A DNA stretch of 63,215 bases, taken from Bacteroidota bacterium. Lineage in GTDB: Bacteria; Bacteroidota; Bacteroidia; Bacteroidales; VadinHA17. How positions within the stretch are numbered: position 1 is the first letter of the stretch; every line of letters begins with the position of its first letter. The stretch is taken from NCBI GenBank assembly GCA_030706785.1, contig JAUZNW010000001.1, positions 1-63,215 on the forward strand. The letters run 5' to 3'. This document shows, piece by piece, positions 1 through 8,881 of the stretch. The notes beneath the pieces are model-generated. The model was not told where the DNA came from, made no database searches, and was given only the letters and a program-made list of their open reading frames with translations. A program made the translations under genes and the position numbers.

Positions 1-357
1 AATAGTCGGATTCATTTTACCAGCTTCCAGCCTCAAGGGTATTCTACACTACTGGATAAATTATATCAATTATTTTCTTTCAGTGTTCTTATAGGTGAAT
101 CCTCAAAGAAAATATTTAATCAGCCTTAAACTTTGCAATGTGTTATAATACAGTCACATAAAAGCATGATGATAAAGCTGTTGAAATCACATAAACTACA
201 AAAATCTGAATTTTCCAAGTGAAATTTTCCTACTCTCCTCATTACCAGGCTTATAGCTATTACAAAAATCTAACCTTAATGGCTGGACGAGTTTGCAAAT
301 TGTGTGCAAATCAGAAACAAAAAAGGGAGTCGTATTCTCATAACTCCCTGATTATAT

Positions 358-434
358 TGGTGATTCCGGCGCGATTCGAACGCGCGACCCACAGCTTAGA
401 AGGCTGTTGCTCTATCCAGCTGAGCTACGGAACC
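358..434 (-). tRNA. tRNA-Arg(UCU) with encoded CCA
   Basis: Reverse complement reads GGTTCCGTAGCTCAGCTGGATAGAGCAACAGCCTTCTAAGCTGTGGGTCGCGCGTTCGAATCGCGCCGGAATCACCA: acceptor stem, D arm, anticodon TCT and TTCGAAT T-loop are all present. Confidence 0.97.
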
Positions 435-451
435 AAAATATATTATAACAA

Positions 452-564
452 CGAACACACGACCCATCACGCATGGCGTGATTGCTCTATTCCCGATCCC
501 GATGAATCGGGATCGAGGATCCTCGTCACGCTTTGCGTGACGGGACCAGGTGAGCTACGGAACC
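452..564 (-). pseudogene. Degenerate tandem copy of tRNA-Arg interrupted by palindromic inserts
   Basis: Blocks cgaacacacgaccca, ttgctctat and ccaggtgagctacggaacc match the intact tRNA in the same order (551-564 is identical to 421-434). The anticodon arm is replaced by a hairpin and ~55 nt of palindromes are inserted. Confidence 0.75.
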
Positions 565-575
565 TGATGATGGCG

Positions 576-583
576 CAAAAATA
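576..583 (-). promoter_or_regulatory. Bacteroidota sigma-A -7 box upstream of the pseudo-tRNA/tRNA unit
   Basis: Minus strand reads TATTTTTG, matching TAnnTTTG, 12 nt upstream of the 5' end of the degenerate copy. Confidence 0.55.
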
Positions 584-618
584 GTACTTTTTCTGTCATT
601 CCGAACGATGGGAGAAAT

Positions 619-651
619 CAACCAGCAACAAGCCACCCAGCTACCAGCAAC
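619..651. repeat. Degenerate heptamer tandem repeat (CAACCAG-like)
   Basis: caaccag caacaag c cacccag ctaccag caac. Confidence 0.5.
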
Positions 652-662
652 TGTTTTTAGAT

Positions 663-2447
663 TCACAATGCTTTCAAATAATTGACCAGCCCCTTCATCT
701 CAATAATATCCCGCAGCTTCCCGGGAAGCGGCTGGAAATTAAAGGTCCTGTCTGCAATATGGATCTTCCCGGATTCAAAATCGATCTCTGCCCTGTCTCC
801 GGGCTTATACGCCTCTACTGCTTCCTTATGAACTATTACTGGCAGACCCTGGTTGATTGACGATCTGTAAAAGATCCGGTTTACAGACTTGACAATGACG
901 GCCCGTATCCCTGCATGGGCAAACCCGACCGATGGATGCTCACGTGAGCTTCCGCATCCGAAATTATCACCTGCAATTATTATATCACCCGGTTTTACAT
1001 TTGTCTTGAATGCCGGATCGAAATCCTCAAAAAGATGCTGTACAACAGCGGCAGGATCTGAACTCAGAACATTATACGTAAATCTCCCCGGAAACATCTG
1101 GTCAGTGTTCAGGTTATCAATATCGTTGTAATTCCAGACATTTACATGTTTTCTGTTCTCACCCGGCTTTATTTCATAAGTCCTGCCTTCTTTAACTGTG
1201 TATGGATATTCTGAGTAAGCTTTAACCTTCCTGGGATCAGTGATAACACCCGTGAGTGCTGATGAAGCCACTGTAGCCGGAGATCCAAGATAAATTGAGG
1301 CTTCCTTGTTACCCATCCTTCCGAGGAAATTACGGTTGGCGGTGGAGATGACCGTATGTCCGCTGGCAGGAATGCCCAAACCCGTACCAAGGCAGGCTCC
1401 GCAGGAGGGAGTCAGTACATTCGCTCCGGATTCGAGGAATACAGTGACCAGCCCTTCTTCAATTGCCCGGAGCATTATCTTATCAGAAGCCGGAATGACA
1501 TTCAGCTGAAAGCCCTTCCTGATTTTCTTCCCTTTGAGGATACCTGCAGCTATCCTGAGGTCTTCAATGCGACCGTTTGTGCAGGTCCCGATCAATCCCT
1601 CCTGAACAATGACGGACGATACCTCAGATACAGACTTAACATTGTCCACACTGTGCGGCGCTGAAACAACCGGGAAAATCTCATTCATATTAAGGTCGAT
1701 CACTCTGGCGTAAACAGCATCTTTATCTGCCCATACCGGATCAGTTTTTTCCGCTTTGGCGTCATAAAATTCCTTCAGTGTCTCATCAGCCTGAAAAACA
1801 GCATTCTTCGCACCCATTTCGGATGACATGTTTGCAATTGTCATTCTGTCGGAAATTGTAAGATTTTTAATGCCATTACCATGGAACTCTACAGACATGT
1901 AATTAGCTCCATCAGCCCCGAGCATGCCTATTATCCAGAGGATAAGATCCTTCGCGTAAACACCTGGTTTAAGCTTACCTGAAAGGTTTATCTTTATAGA
2001 TTCAGGAACCCTGAACCAGGTCTCTCCCCGTTTCCAGATTCCGGCTGACTCAGTTCTGTCGATACCGGTTGCAAAAGCGTTAAATGCACCGGCAGTACAG
2101 GTATGACTGTCGCTTCCCACAATAAGCATCCCGGGTTTTGCATGGTATGCCATTATCTGGTGACAGATGCCCCGGCCCGCATCATAGAATTTACTTATCC
2201 CCTGATCATCAACAATATCCCTTATTTCCTGATACTGGGTTGCCAGCTTTGCGTCTGCAGGCGGTGCATTATGATCGAGCGCTATAAGCATTTGTCCGGG
2301 ATCAGCAACCCTGACTCCTCCCATTTTCTGGAAAGTCTTATAAATACTTGCAGTATTATCATGGGTAAGAATAATATCAGGATGGGCAAAAACTATATCT
2401 CCTGCCCCTGCACCAAATATCTTCTCCGCAAATGTCATCGGCTTCAT
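663..2447 (-). CDS. Aconitase-superfamily hydro-lyase, fused LeuC-like large and LeuD-like small subunit (homoaconitase-like)
   Basis: GSDSHT, IGTCTNGR and CGACLG ([4Fe-4S] Cys ligands) and STANRNF are present, followed by a C-terminal swivel domain with NTDQMFPGRFTY and NFGCGSSREH. Confidence 0.9.
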   Translation of the reverse strand: MKPMTFAEKIFGAGAGDIVFAHPDIILTHDNTASIYKTFQKMGGVRVADPGQMLIALDHNAPPADAKLATQYQEIRDIVDDQGISKFYDAGRGICHQIMAYHAKPGMLIVGSDSHTCTAGAFNAFATGIDRTESAGIWKRGETWFRVPESIKINLSGKLKPGVYAKDLILWIIGMLGADGANYMSVEFHGNGIKNLTISDRMTIANMSSEMGAKNAVFQADETLKEFYDAKAEKTDPVWADKDAVYARVIDLNMNEIFPVVSAPHSVDNVKSVSEVSSVIVQEGLIGTCTNGRIEDLRIAAGILKGKKIRKGFQLNVIPASDKIMLRAIEEGLVTVFLESGANVLTPSCGACLGTGLGIPASGHTVISTANRNFLGRMGNKEASIYLGSPATVASSALTGVITDPRKVKAYSEYPYTVKEGRTYEIKPGENRKHVNVWNYNDIDNLNTDQMFPGRFTYNVLSSDPAAVVQHLFEDFDPAFKTNVKPGDIIIAGDNFGCGSSREHPSVGFAHAGIRAVIVKSVNRIFYRSSINQGLPVIVHKEAVEAYKPGDRAEIDFESGKIHIADRTFNFQPLPGKLRDIIEMKGLVNYLKAL

Positions 2448-2471
2448 ATTCTCTCTGTTTTATAATGATGA

Positions 2472-4283
2472 TTACAGAAGTCCTCCATTTTTGTAGATCT
2501 CGTACTGGACCTCTGAAAAAGGTTCAGAATGTACACTTTTACCTGTTCTCAGGCTGGTTATTTCACCTGTAAGAAAATTTATCCTTACGTTATCATTTTC
2601 AGTTAATTCCAGTTCTGAAATGTTATTGCAGGCAAGGATCGGAAAAGCTGCGTTTATGGCATTCCTTTCATAAATGGCACCGAAAGACTCGGCGACTATA
2701 GCCTGTATCCCCAGTGATATAAAGCAATCGACTGCCTGCTGGCGGGAGCTTCCTGAACCGAAATTCCTGCCCGCAATGACTATATCACCTCGATGAGCTT
2801 CACTTGCAAAGTTCCTTAATCCCTCGAGGTTGTCAAATGTGTACTGACCCATTTCCTTTATTTCGGTAACTGAAAGGTACCTGTTATGATAGATCATATC
2901 AGTATCTATGTTGTCTTTTCTGATGACCCAGGCTCTTCCTTCCACAATATTAGGTCTTTCTGCAGCTTTTGATTCCCCGGGCTTCTTTGATGTCTGATCC
3001 GGGGTTGATGGTTTAATTAAGAACAGGGCGGGTTCTGCCGGTATCCTGTCAGGTGTTGTGATAAATCCTGCAATTGCAGATGCAGCAACTATCTCCGGAG
3101 ACGCCAGGTAAACGCTCCCTTTTCCCTGCTTCCCCGGAAAATTCCTGTTTCCTGTACTTACAGTCACCTCACCGGGACCGTTCTGGCCTACCTGTCCTTC
3201 TGCACAACCAGCACATCCTGCATTTGAAACAAGCGCTCCTGATCTCTTGAAGATATCTATCAACCCTTTCTCAAGACATTCTTTCCATACGGAATCGGTA
3301 GCCGGAACAATTTTCAGGACAACCCCCGGAGCTACTTTTTTCCCTTTAAGGATATCAGCTGCTTTCTGCATATCTTCGATCCGGCCGTTGGTACAGCTTC
3401 CGATGAAGCCAGAGTCGATTTTCACACTATACAATTCAGAAGCATCAACAGCATCATGCGGTTGCCCGGGACGGGAAATCATTTGCCTGAAATCCGGTGC
3501 ATTCAAATCAAAGGTCCTGCTGTAAAAGGCATCCTGATCAGCATAAACAGGTTTTATGTCCTTTTTAAATCGTTCTTTGAAATAACTGATGATCTGTCCG
3601 GATGGAGGGAAAAGGATTATTATCGCCCCCATTTCAGTCGCCATTGATGATATTGTGATCCTCTCATCAAGCGAAAGGTTTCCTGCAGCTTTACCGTATA
3701 TTTCAACCGAACATCCGAGCAGTGAATTCGCACCGAATATCTTAAGGAGATTTAAAACAATGTCCTTTGCACTGACACTTGAAGGCAGATCTCCATTCAG
3801 ATTGATTTTCACCGATTCCGGGATCTTGAACCATATCTTCCCCTTGTTCCACGCTGCTGCAATATCCATGTCGCCCATGCCCTGACCGAATGCACCGACA
3901 GCACCGAGTATGTTCGCATGGGAATCGGTCGATACAGCTGTTACCCCCGGATAAACGATCCCTTCCTCGATAAGGATATGTGTACCTATTCCGGAATTAA
4001 TATCATAGACCTTCAATCCCTTTTCCCTGGCAAACAACCGGCATAAATGCTGATTTACCGCGTATTTCTGATCCGATCCTGCAGGATTGCAATCGAATGT
4101 AAAAAAGGTTCTCTGCGGATCCTCAATTTCCAGTCCCTTTTCCCTTATCTTTTTTACTACATTCGCACCGCCAAAATCACGCGCAACCCTGACATCAATA
4201 AAGATATCGACGATATCACCCGGCCTGACAATTTCCTGTCTGGAATGGCTTGCCAGGATCTTTTCAAGCATAGTCATTGCCAT
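2472..4283 (-). CDS. Second fused LeuC-LeuD aconitase-family hydro-lyase
   Basis: Motifs STDSHA, IGSCTNGR, CAGCAEG, STGNRNF, DTDMIYHNRYL and NFGSGSSRQQ. Start placed at the ATG at 4283 (MAMTMLEKIL is a LeuC-type N-terminus). Confidence 0.9.
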   Translation of the reverse strand: MAMTMLEKILASHSRQEIVRPGDIVDIFIDVRVARDFGGANVVKKIREKGLEIEDPQRTFFTFDCNPAGSDQKYAVNQHLCRLFAREKGLKVYDINSGIGTHILIEEGIVYPGVTAVSTDSHANILGAVGAFGQGMGDMDIAAAWNKGKIWFKIPESVKINLNGDLPSSVSAKDIVLNLLKIFGANSLLGCSVEIYGKAAGNLSLDERITISSMATEMGAIIILFPPSGQIISYFKERFKKDIKPVYADQDAFYSRTFDLNAPDFRQMISRPGQPHDAVDASELYSVKIDSGFIGSCTNGRIEDMQKAADILKGKKVAPGVVLKIVPATDSVWKECLEKGLIDIFKRSGALVSNAGCAGCAEGQVGQNGPGEVTVSTGNRNFPGKQGKGSVYLASPEIVAASAIAGFITTPDRIPAEPALFLIKPSTPDQTSKKPGESKAAERPNIVEGRAWVIRKDNIDTDMIYHNRYLSVTEIKEMGQYTFDNLEGLRNFASEAHRGDIVIAGRNFGSGSSRQQAVDCFISLGIQAIVAESFGAIYERNAINAAFPILACNNISELELTENDNVRINFLTGEITSLRTGKSVHSEPFSEVQYEIYKNGGLL

Positions 4284-4330
4284 CTGAAAAATAATTTCAT
4301 TTCTGGGCAAAGTAACTAAGAATCGGCGAA

Positions 4331-5179
4331 TTATTTGAACTGGGCTCTGTAATCTCTTGGCGACAGACCTTCGGTCCTCAGAAATTGCTTATTGAAATTT
4401 GATATGCTTGAGAATCCGCATTCGGCAGCTACCTTGTGGATCTGGTATTCAGTTTCACGAAGCAGGTAGCAGGCCTTGTTAAGCCTTACCCTGTTCAGGT
4501 ATTCAATAAATCCTGCACCGCAGTTCTTTTTGAAGTACCTGCTGAACGCGTAGGGACTCAAATGGGCCACCCTTGATATTCTCTCCAGCGAGATGTTTTT
4601 AGAATAGTTTTCCCTTATGTAGTTATATACTGCCGTCATTTTCTTGTTTCCGCGTTCGTCAAATGCCTGCTTGTAGTTCTCGGAACAAAGCGTGCTTCTT
4701 TTTTCTGAGGTGCATAAAATTTTCAGGAGGCTGAAGAAATGTATGACTTTTTCGATACCCTTGCTGGCTATCATTCGTGTCAGGCAGACTTCTGCATTTT
4801 TAGCATCTTCAACAGAAAAAGCCAGTCCTCTCTCAGATTCTATAAGCAGTTTTTTAACAGTGTGCATTTCATGCTGTGACAGGAGAGCCTCGCCCAGGGA
4901 TGAAAGCTTGAAATGAAGGGTTATTCCCCTGTCCTGAGGGGTTAAAGGCTTAATTTTATAGTAATTCCAGCAGTGAGGGATATTGCTTGCTATCAGCACC
5001 AGGTCGTACTGGTCAAAAAGTTCGACACTGTCACCGACAATCCGTGTACCGTTGCTTTTTGTATTCAGGGTAATCTCATATTCAGGGTGAAAATGCCAGA
5101 ACCCGTTTGTGTCGGTTATGTATTCAGCCCTGAAGCCTCCTGAATCATCATATGAAATCTTCTCGAGTTCAGCGACCAT
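4331..5179 (-). CDS. AraC family transcriptional regulator with N-terminal cupin
   Basis: WHFHPEYEI cupin motif and C-terminal double HTH (AFSRYFKK ... CGFSSISNFNKQF ... SPRDYR). Start moved to the ATG at 5179. Confidence 0.92.
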   Translation of the reverse strand: MVAELEKISYDDSGGFRAEYITDTNGFWHFHPEYEITLNTKSNGTRIVGDSVELFDQYDLVLIASNIPHCWNYYKIKPLTPQDRGITLHFKLSSLGEALLSQHEMHTVKKLLIESERGLAFSVEDAKNAEVCLTRMIASKGIEKVIHFFSLLKILCTSEKRSTLCSENYKQAFDERGNKKMTAVYNYIRENYSKNISLERISRVAHLSPYAFSRYFKKNCGAGFIEYLNRVRLNKACYLLRETEYQIHKVAAECGFSSISNFNKQFLRTEGLSPRDYRAQFK

Positions 5180-5199
5180 TGTTGTTAGAACAATAGTGA

Positions 5200-5283
5200 A
5201 TATCAGGTTACTATCAAATTTAAACAATATTTTGTCAACTCCCTGTATGCTTTCATCAATATAAAACACTATTTCATCAAGGA
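5200..5283. promoter_or_regulatory. Four direct repeats with 21-bp period, putative AraC-type operator array
   Basis: TCAA occurs at 5214, 5235, 5256 and 5277; the units share a CAnTatTTcaTCAA-like core. Confidence 0.5.
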
Positions 5284-5320
5284 ACATGAAAATACTACAA
5301 GCAATATTTTTTCTTATTGC

Positions 5321-5351
5321 TTTGATTATAATATTATTTTTTATAAATTTG
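5321..5351 (+). promoter_or_regulatory. Sigma-A promoter (-33 TTTG / -7 TAAATTTG)
   Basis: TTTG at 5321-5324, 19-nt spacer, TAAATTTG at 5344-5351: the canonical Bacteroidota spacing. Confidence 0.65.
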
Positions 5352-5372
5352 TTCCTAGCTCATGCTATTGGT

Positions 5373-5570
5373 ATAAGAGGAGAAAGAAAGGGTTGAGAGT
5401 GAAAATCATCAGGATTGTATTGCAGACATTGACTTTCACATCTGGAACCTAAGGATCAGCGCCAGCTTACCATGGTTCCGTCCTTTTATCAGACAGTAGA
5501 CACGGGAATTATCTCACTAATAAAGCCCGCTCCCTGATTTTCACACAACCCTCTCTCCTCTTATTTTTTT
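5373..5570 (+). ncRNA. Candidate structured non-coding RNA (long rod-like hairpin followed by a U tract)
   Basis: 5' arm ataagaggagaaagaaagggttgagagtgaaaatca pairs with 3' arm tgattttcacacaaccctctctcctcttat; inner ggaacc/ggttcc and tctg/caga pairs; followed by a T run; promoter directly upstream. Confidence 0.5.
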
Positions 5571-5706
5571 ATCCCCTTTATACTTAAATATTTCTACATT
5601 TCCGGCGCTTTTGATTTAAATTCCTAACAATATGATTAAAATTCTGTTATCTTTGTTCATACCGCATATCCGGGGAACCTGACCGAGAACTTTACATTAT
5701 TGCTGA

Positions 5707-6432
5707 ATGAAAACCTACATCAGGAGGAGGGAAAAGAACGATAACCTGATTGTTCTCTATGGAGGCTGGGGTACTGACGAAAACGTTTTTGCTCCATCAT
5801 GCAATGATGATTTTGATTTTATCCTCTTTTACAACTATTCAGCTGATGAAGCCCTTGTACTTCCTGAAACAAAAACCTACAAGTCCGTTATCCTTATAGG
5901 CTGGTCACTTGGAGTATGGGCCGCCGAATACCTTTCGCCCAGGACCGGGATAAAGCCTGACATCACTATCGCAGTCAACGGAACGCCTGTTCCTGCTGAC
6001 AATCATTACGGCATTCCCCTGAAAGTCTTTGAAGGCACGCTCAACAATATCAACGAGCTGAGCATGGAGAAGTTCTATCTCAGGATGTTTGGAAACAAGA
6101 AAAATTATCTCAGGAACATTGACAGGATCCCGCACAGATCAATGAAATCGCTTCATGACGAGCTGAGATGGCTGTACAACAGGATAATGGAGCAGACGGA
6201 CTCAGGATTCAGGTGGGATTATGCTGTCATAAGCGAAGGAGACAGGGTTTTCCCGGCTAAAAATATGAATGAGTACTGGCAGAAGAGACCTGATACCAGG
6301 CATATTGTCCTGCCTCTTCCTCACTATTTCTTCCACGAATGGAACTCTTTCCTTGATTTTGCCGAATACGTAAAAACATTCGGTGAAAAAAAGAGAGCCA
6401 AGGCTGCAAGGCAAAAACTCCCGGCCACGTGA
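5707..6432 (+). CDS. DUF452 / BioG-like alpha-beta hydrolase (pimeloyl-ACP methyl esterase family)
   Basis: GGWG, GWSLG nucleophile elbow, AVNGT, DRVFP and C-terminal HYFF. Has its own TATCTTTG box at 5648-5655. Confidence 0.8.
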   Translation: MKTYIRRREKNDNLIVLYGGWGTDENVFAPSCNDDFDFILFYNYSADEALVLPETKTYKSVILIGWSLGVWAAEYLSPRTGIKPDITIAVNGTPVPADNHYGIPLKVFEGTLNNINELSMEKFYLRMFGNKKNYLRNIDRIPHRSMKSLHDELRWLYNRIMEQTDSGFRWDYAVISEGDRVFPAKNMNEYWQKRPDTRHIVLPLPHYFFHEWNSFLDFAEYVKTFGEKKRAKAARQKLPAT

Positions 6433-6460
6433 TTGATTCTCTTAAAAGAGGGATAAGCGG

Positions 6461-7816
6461 TTAAAGATCCTTTACAAGTATATTGGAATTCGAAGCGGAA
6501 ATCATGCTGTCGAACTTCTCGAGCATGGATGTTATTTTATTATACTCCTTGCTCTTTACAAAGATCTGATGTTCAGTGCCTTTTTTGTCGAGGCGTTCCA
6601 GAACGAAGCTCACGGTCATCCTGTTGATATCCATTGCAGGCTGGAACAATCTCTCTGCATGCTCATTTTCATGGATCATGGAGACCAGGCTGACACCGGC
6701 AAGATCCTGAAGGATATCCATCACAAGTCTAACAGGGATCTTGAGGGCAGCTGAGATTTTTTCCGCTCCTATCGGTTTTTCTCCGGCCGAGAAGTTCTTC
6801 GTGACTATGTTCATGATCATCAGCACCAACGCCCGCTTCTCATAATTACTCACATTAAGCGCTTCAGATTCATACTCATAGCGTGAAACATTCTGGTTCG
6901 CAAAAGAAAGCTCCGCACCTATAAGCACGATAGTCCAGCTTGCCTGAAGCCATATTATGAAAAGAGGGATTGCAGCAAAGCTTCCGTAGATTGTGCTCAA
7001 TTTCGAAATCCCGAACTGAAGGTCGATATAAAGCCACTGCAGAAACTGAAGAACCGTACCTACAATTATGCCTGATACTAGAGCAGGAAGGAACTTCACC
7101 TTTGTATTGGGCATAATCATGAACAGAATTGTCAACCCTATTGCTGACAAAAGATATGGAGCCAGTTTTACAAGGAATGTGACCATTGGTTTAAAAACAT
7201 CAAGGATCGACGATCTTGTGATAAAACCTGCCAGGTCAGTGCTGATAAAAACCGTAATGCTGCTCGAGAGTATCAGGAAAACGGGTGCAATAAGCATTAT
7301 TGTAAGGTAATCCGTGAATTTACGGTACCATGGCCTTGATGACCTGATCTGCCAGATATGGTTAAATGAACTTTCAATCTGCTGGAGCAATGACATGACT
7401 GACCAGAACAGAATGATCACACCCACACCGGCAATATAACCTCCTCTTGTCTGCTGAAGTGCATTCCTGGCTTCCGTCAGCAGCCAGTTCAGAACCTCGG
7501 GCTGAGACTGAAATTCCTTTGTTACAAGTTGTTCCAGATTCTGGTCAAGTCCAAAGCCTTTTGCTATTGCGAAAGCAATTGCTGCCAGAGGAATTATTGT
7601 CAGTAGCGAATAAAACGTAAGTGAAGATGCCCTTAGCTGGACTTTATCGTTCATAAAGCCCCTTGCAGCAAGCACTGCTATCCGAAGCTGTTTTATCAGG
7701 AAGGATTTACCCCTTGATATATCAGATAATGATGTATGCCATATAACATCATTTATGTGCTTGATTTTGTCAAGGGTCCATTTCACCGGCTTTGCCATAT
7801 CCTTAACCTGATTCAT
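6461..7816 (-). CDS. YihY/BrkB family membrane protein with C-terminal winged-helix-like extension
   Basis: ASSLTFYSLLTIIP, IESSFNHIW and IYGSFAAIPLFIIWLQASWTIVLIGAE motifs; multiple TM segments. Confidence 0.9.
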   Translation of the reverse strand: MNQVKDMAKPVKWTLDKIKHINDVIWHTSLSDISRGKSFLIKQLRIAVLAARGFMNDKVQLRASSLTFYSLLTIIPLAAIAFAIAKGFGLDQNLEQLVTKEFQSQPEVLNWLLTEARNALQQTRGGYIAGVGVIILFWSVMSLLQQIESSFNHIWQIRSSRPWYRKFTDYLTIMLIAPVFLILSSSITVFISTDLAGFITRSSILDVFKPMVTFLVKLAPYLLSAIGLTILFMIMPNTKVKFLPALVSGIIVGTVLQFLQWLYIDLQFGISKLSTIYGSFAAIPLFIIWLQASWTIVLIGAELSFANQNVSRYEYESEALNVSNYEKRALVLMIMNIVTKNFSAGEKPIGAEKISAALKIPVRLVMDILQDLAGVSLVSMIHENEHAERLFQPAMDINRMTVSFVLERLDKKGTEHQIFVKSKEYNKITSMLEKFDSMISASNSNILVKDL

Positions 7817-7857
7817 CGGGGCTCAAATATACTAAATACGTCAATATGGTCCGATTA

Positions 7858-8814
7858 TTATATCGAATCAGGCGGTATGTTGAAGAATGGCAATATCTTT
7901 CTCCTCCGGTGGATCTCCCTGTACGTGCAGAACATGCTGATCTTGTAAAGTTCAAAAAGTGGCAGACAGGCTTTAGCTGAATCAAGGCGTATTTCCATTC
8001 TTTCTCTGTACCGGATGAACACGCCTGCCAGAATCCTGGTAAGGTGGAAAAACCTTAATGCCCTGTAAATACGAAGCAGCCTTACTGTTGAATAAAATGT
8101 CCATTTATCTGTAACAATATCATAAAGCTTGCTCAGGTTTTCAATGCTGGCTTTCGTCTTGGTAAGATATTCCTTGTTTGATTCAAGACCTTCATGAATT
8201 AATCCGTTGTCGATATGGAAGATCCCAATTCCTGCTTTTTTCAGCTGGTAGCTGAAGAGAGTGTCCTCATGACCATATTGCTTGAGCTCTTCATAAAATC
8301 TAAGCTTGGAAAAAATTGTCCTGTCAATCAGAACATTAAAAGTAGAAAAGCTGGAATAAGGATGCTTGTTCCTGTCACGTGCCTTTAACTGTTCTCTCTT
8401 CCTTCCGTATTTCCACCTGAGGATCTTATCGGGGTCGCCCGGACGGCTGGCCTTGTAAAGTATCCCGCCGCAGATAACTCTTCCCGAGGAGATATTATCG
8501 AGCCAGTTATGCATATACATCTCCGCTGTGCCAGGAATCATTGTATCAGCATCGATAAACAAAAGATAGTCGCCTGTCGATTCTGAAATGAGGCGGTTCC
8601 TGATCGAAGCCCTGCCTATGTTCTTTTCCGCTGAAACGACTTTGACTTTATCTCCGGCAAGCAAATTGTATTTCTTCCTGAACTCTTCAGATGAACCATC
8701 GTCTCCAATAATGATCTCACAGAACTCCGGGACCTTTTCCATTCCATCCTTCATGCTGTGAACCAGGGCAACAATATCATAATCATTCACCGGAATCAGG
8801 ATAGAAATCTTCAT
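7858..8814 (-). CDS. Glycosyltransferase family 2
   Basis: ISILIP, DDGS, FIDAD (DxD) and YGHED motifs. Confidence 0.9.
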   Translation of the reverse strand: MKISILIPVNDYDIVALVHSMKDGMEKVPEFCEIIIGDDGSSEEFRKKYNLLAGDKVKVVSAEKNIGRASIRNRLISESTGDYLLFIDADTMIPGTAEMYMHNWLDNISSGRVICGGILYKASRPGDPDKILRWKYGRKREQLKARDRNKHPYSSFSTFNVLIDRTIFSKLRFYEELKQYGHEDTLFSYQLKKAGIGIFHIDNGLIHEGLESNKEYLTKTKASIENLSKLYDIVTDKWTFYSTVRLLRIYRALRFFHLTRILAGVFIRYRERMEIRLDSAKACLPLFELYKISMFCTYREIHRRRKILPFFNIPPDSI

Positions 8815-8881
8815 TTCGAACGAAGGTGAGGGTTATCATGCCAAAAATACAATTTATTTCGAACATTCGGATTTCCGGCTT

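Noticed and set aside
219..584. 121-aa ORF on the + strand
   Set aside because: It lies antisense across the tRNA-Arg and its degenerate copy; the translation (IPARFERATHSLEGCCSIQLSYGT) is the usual tRNA shadow.
5180..5287. N-terminal 36-aa extension of the AraC ORF
   Set aside because: It covers the 21-bp repeat array and promoter region; the ATG at 5179 gives a typical cupin-AraC length.
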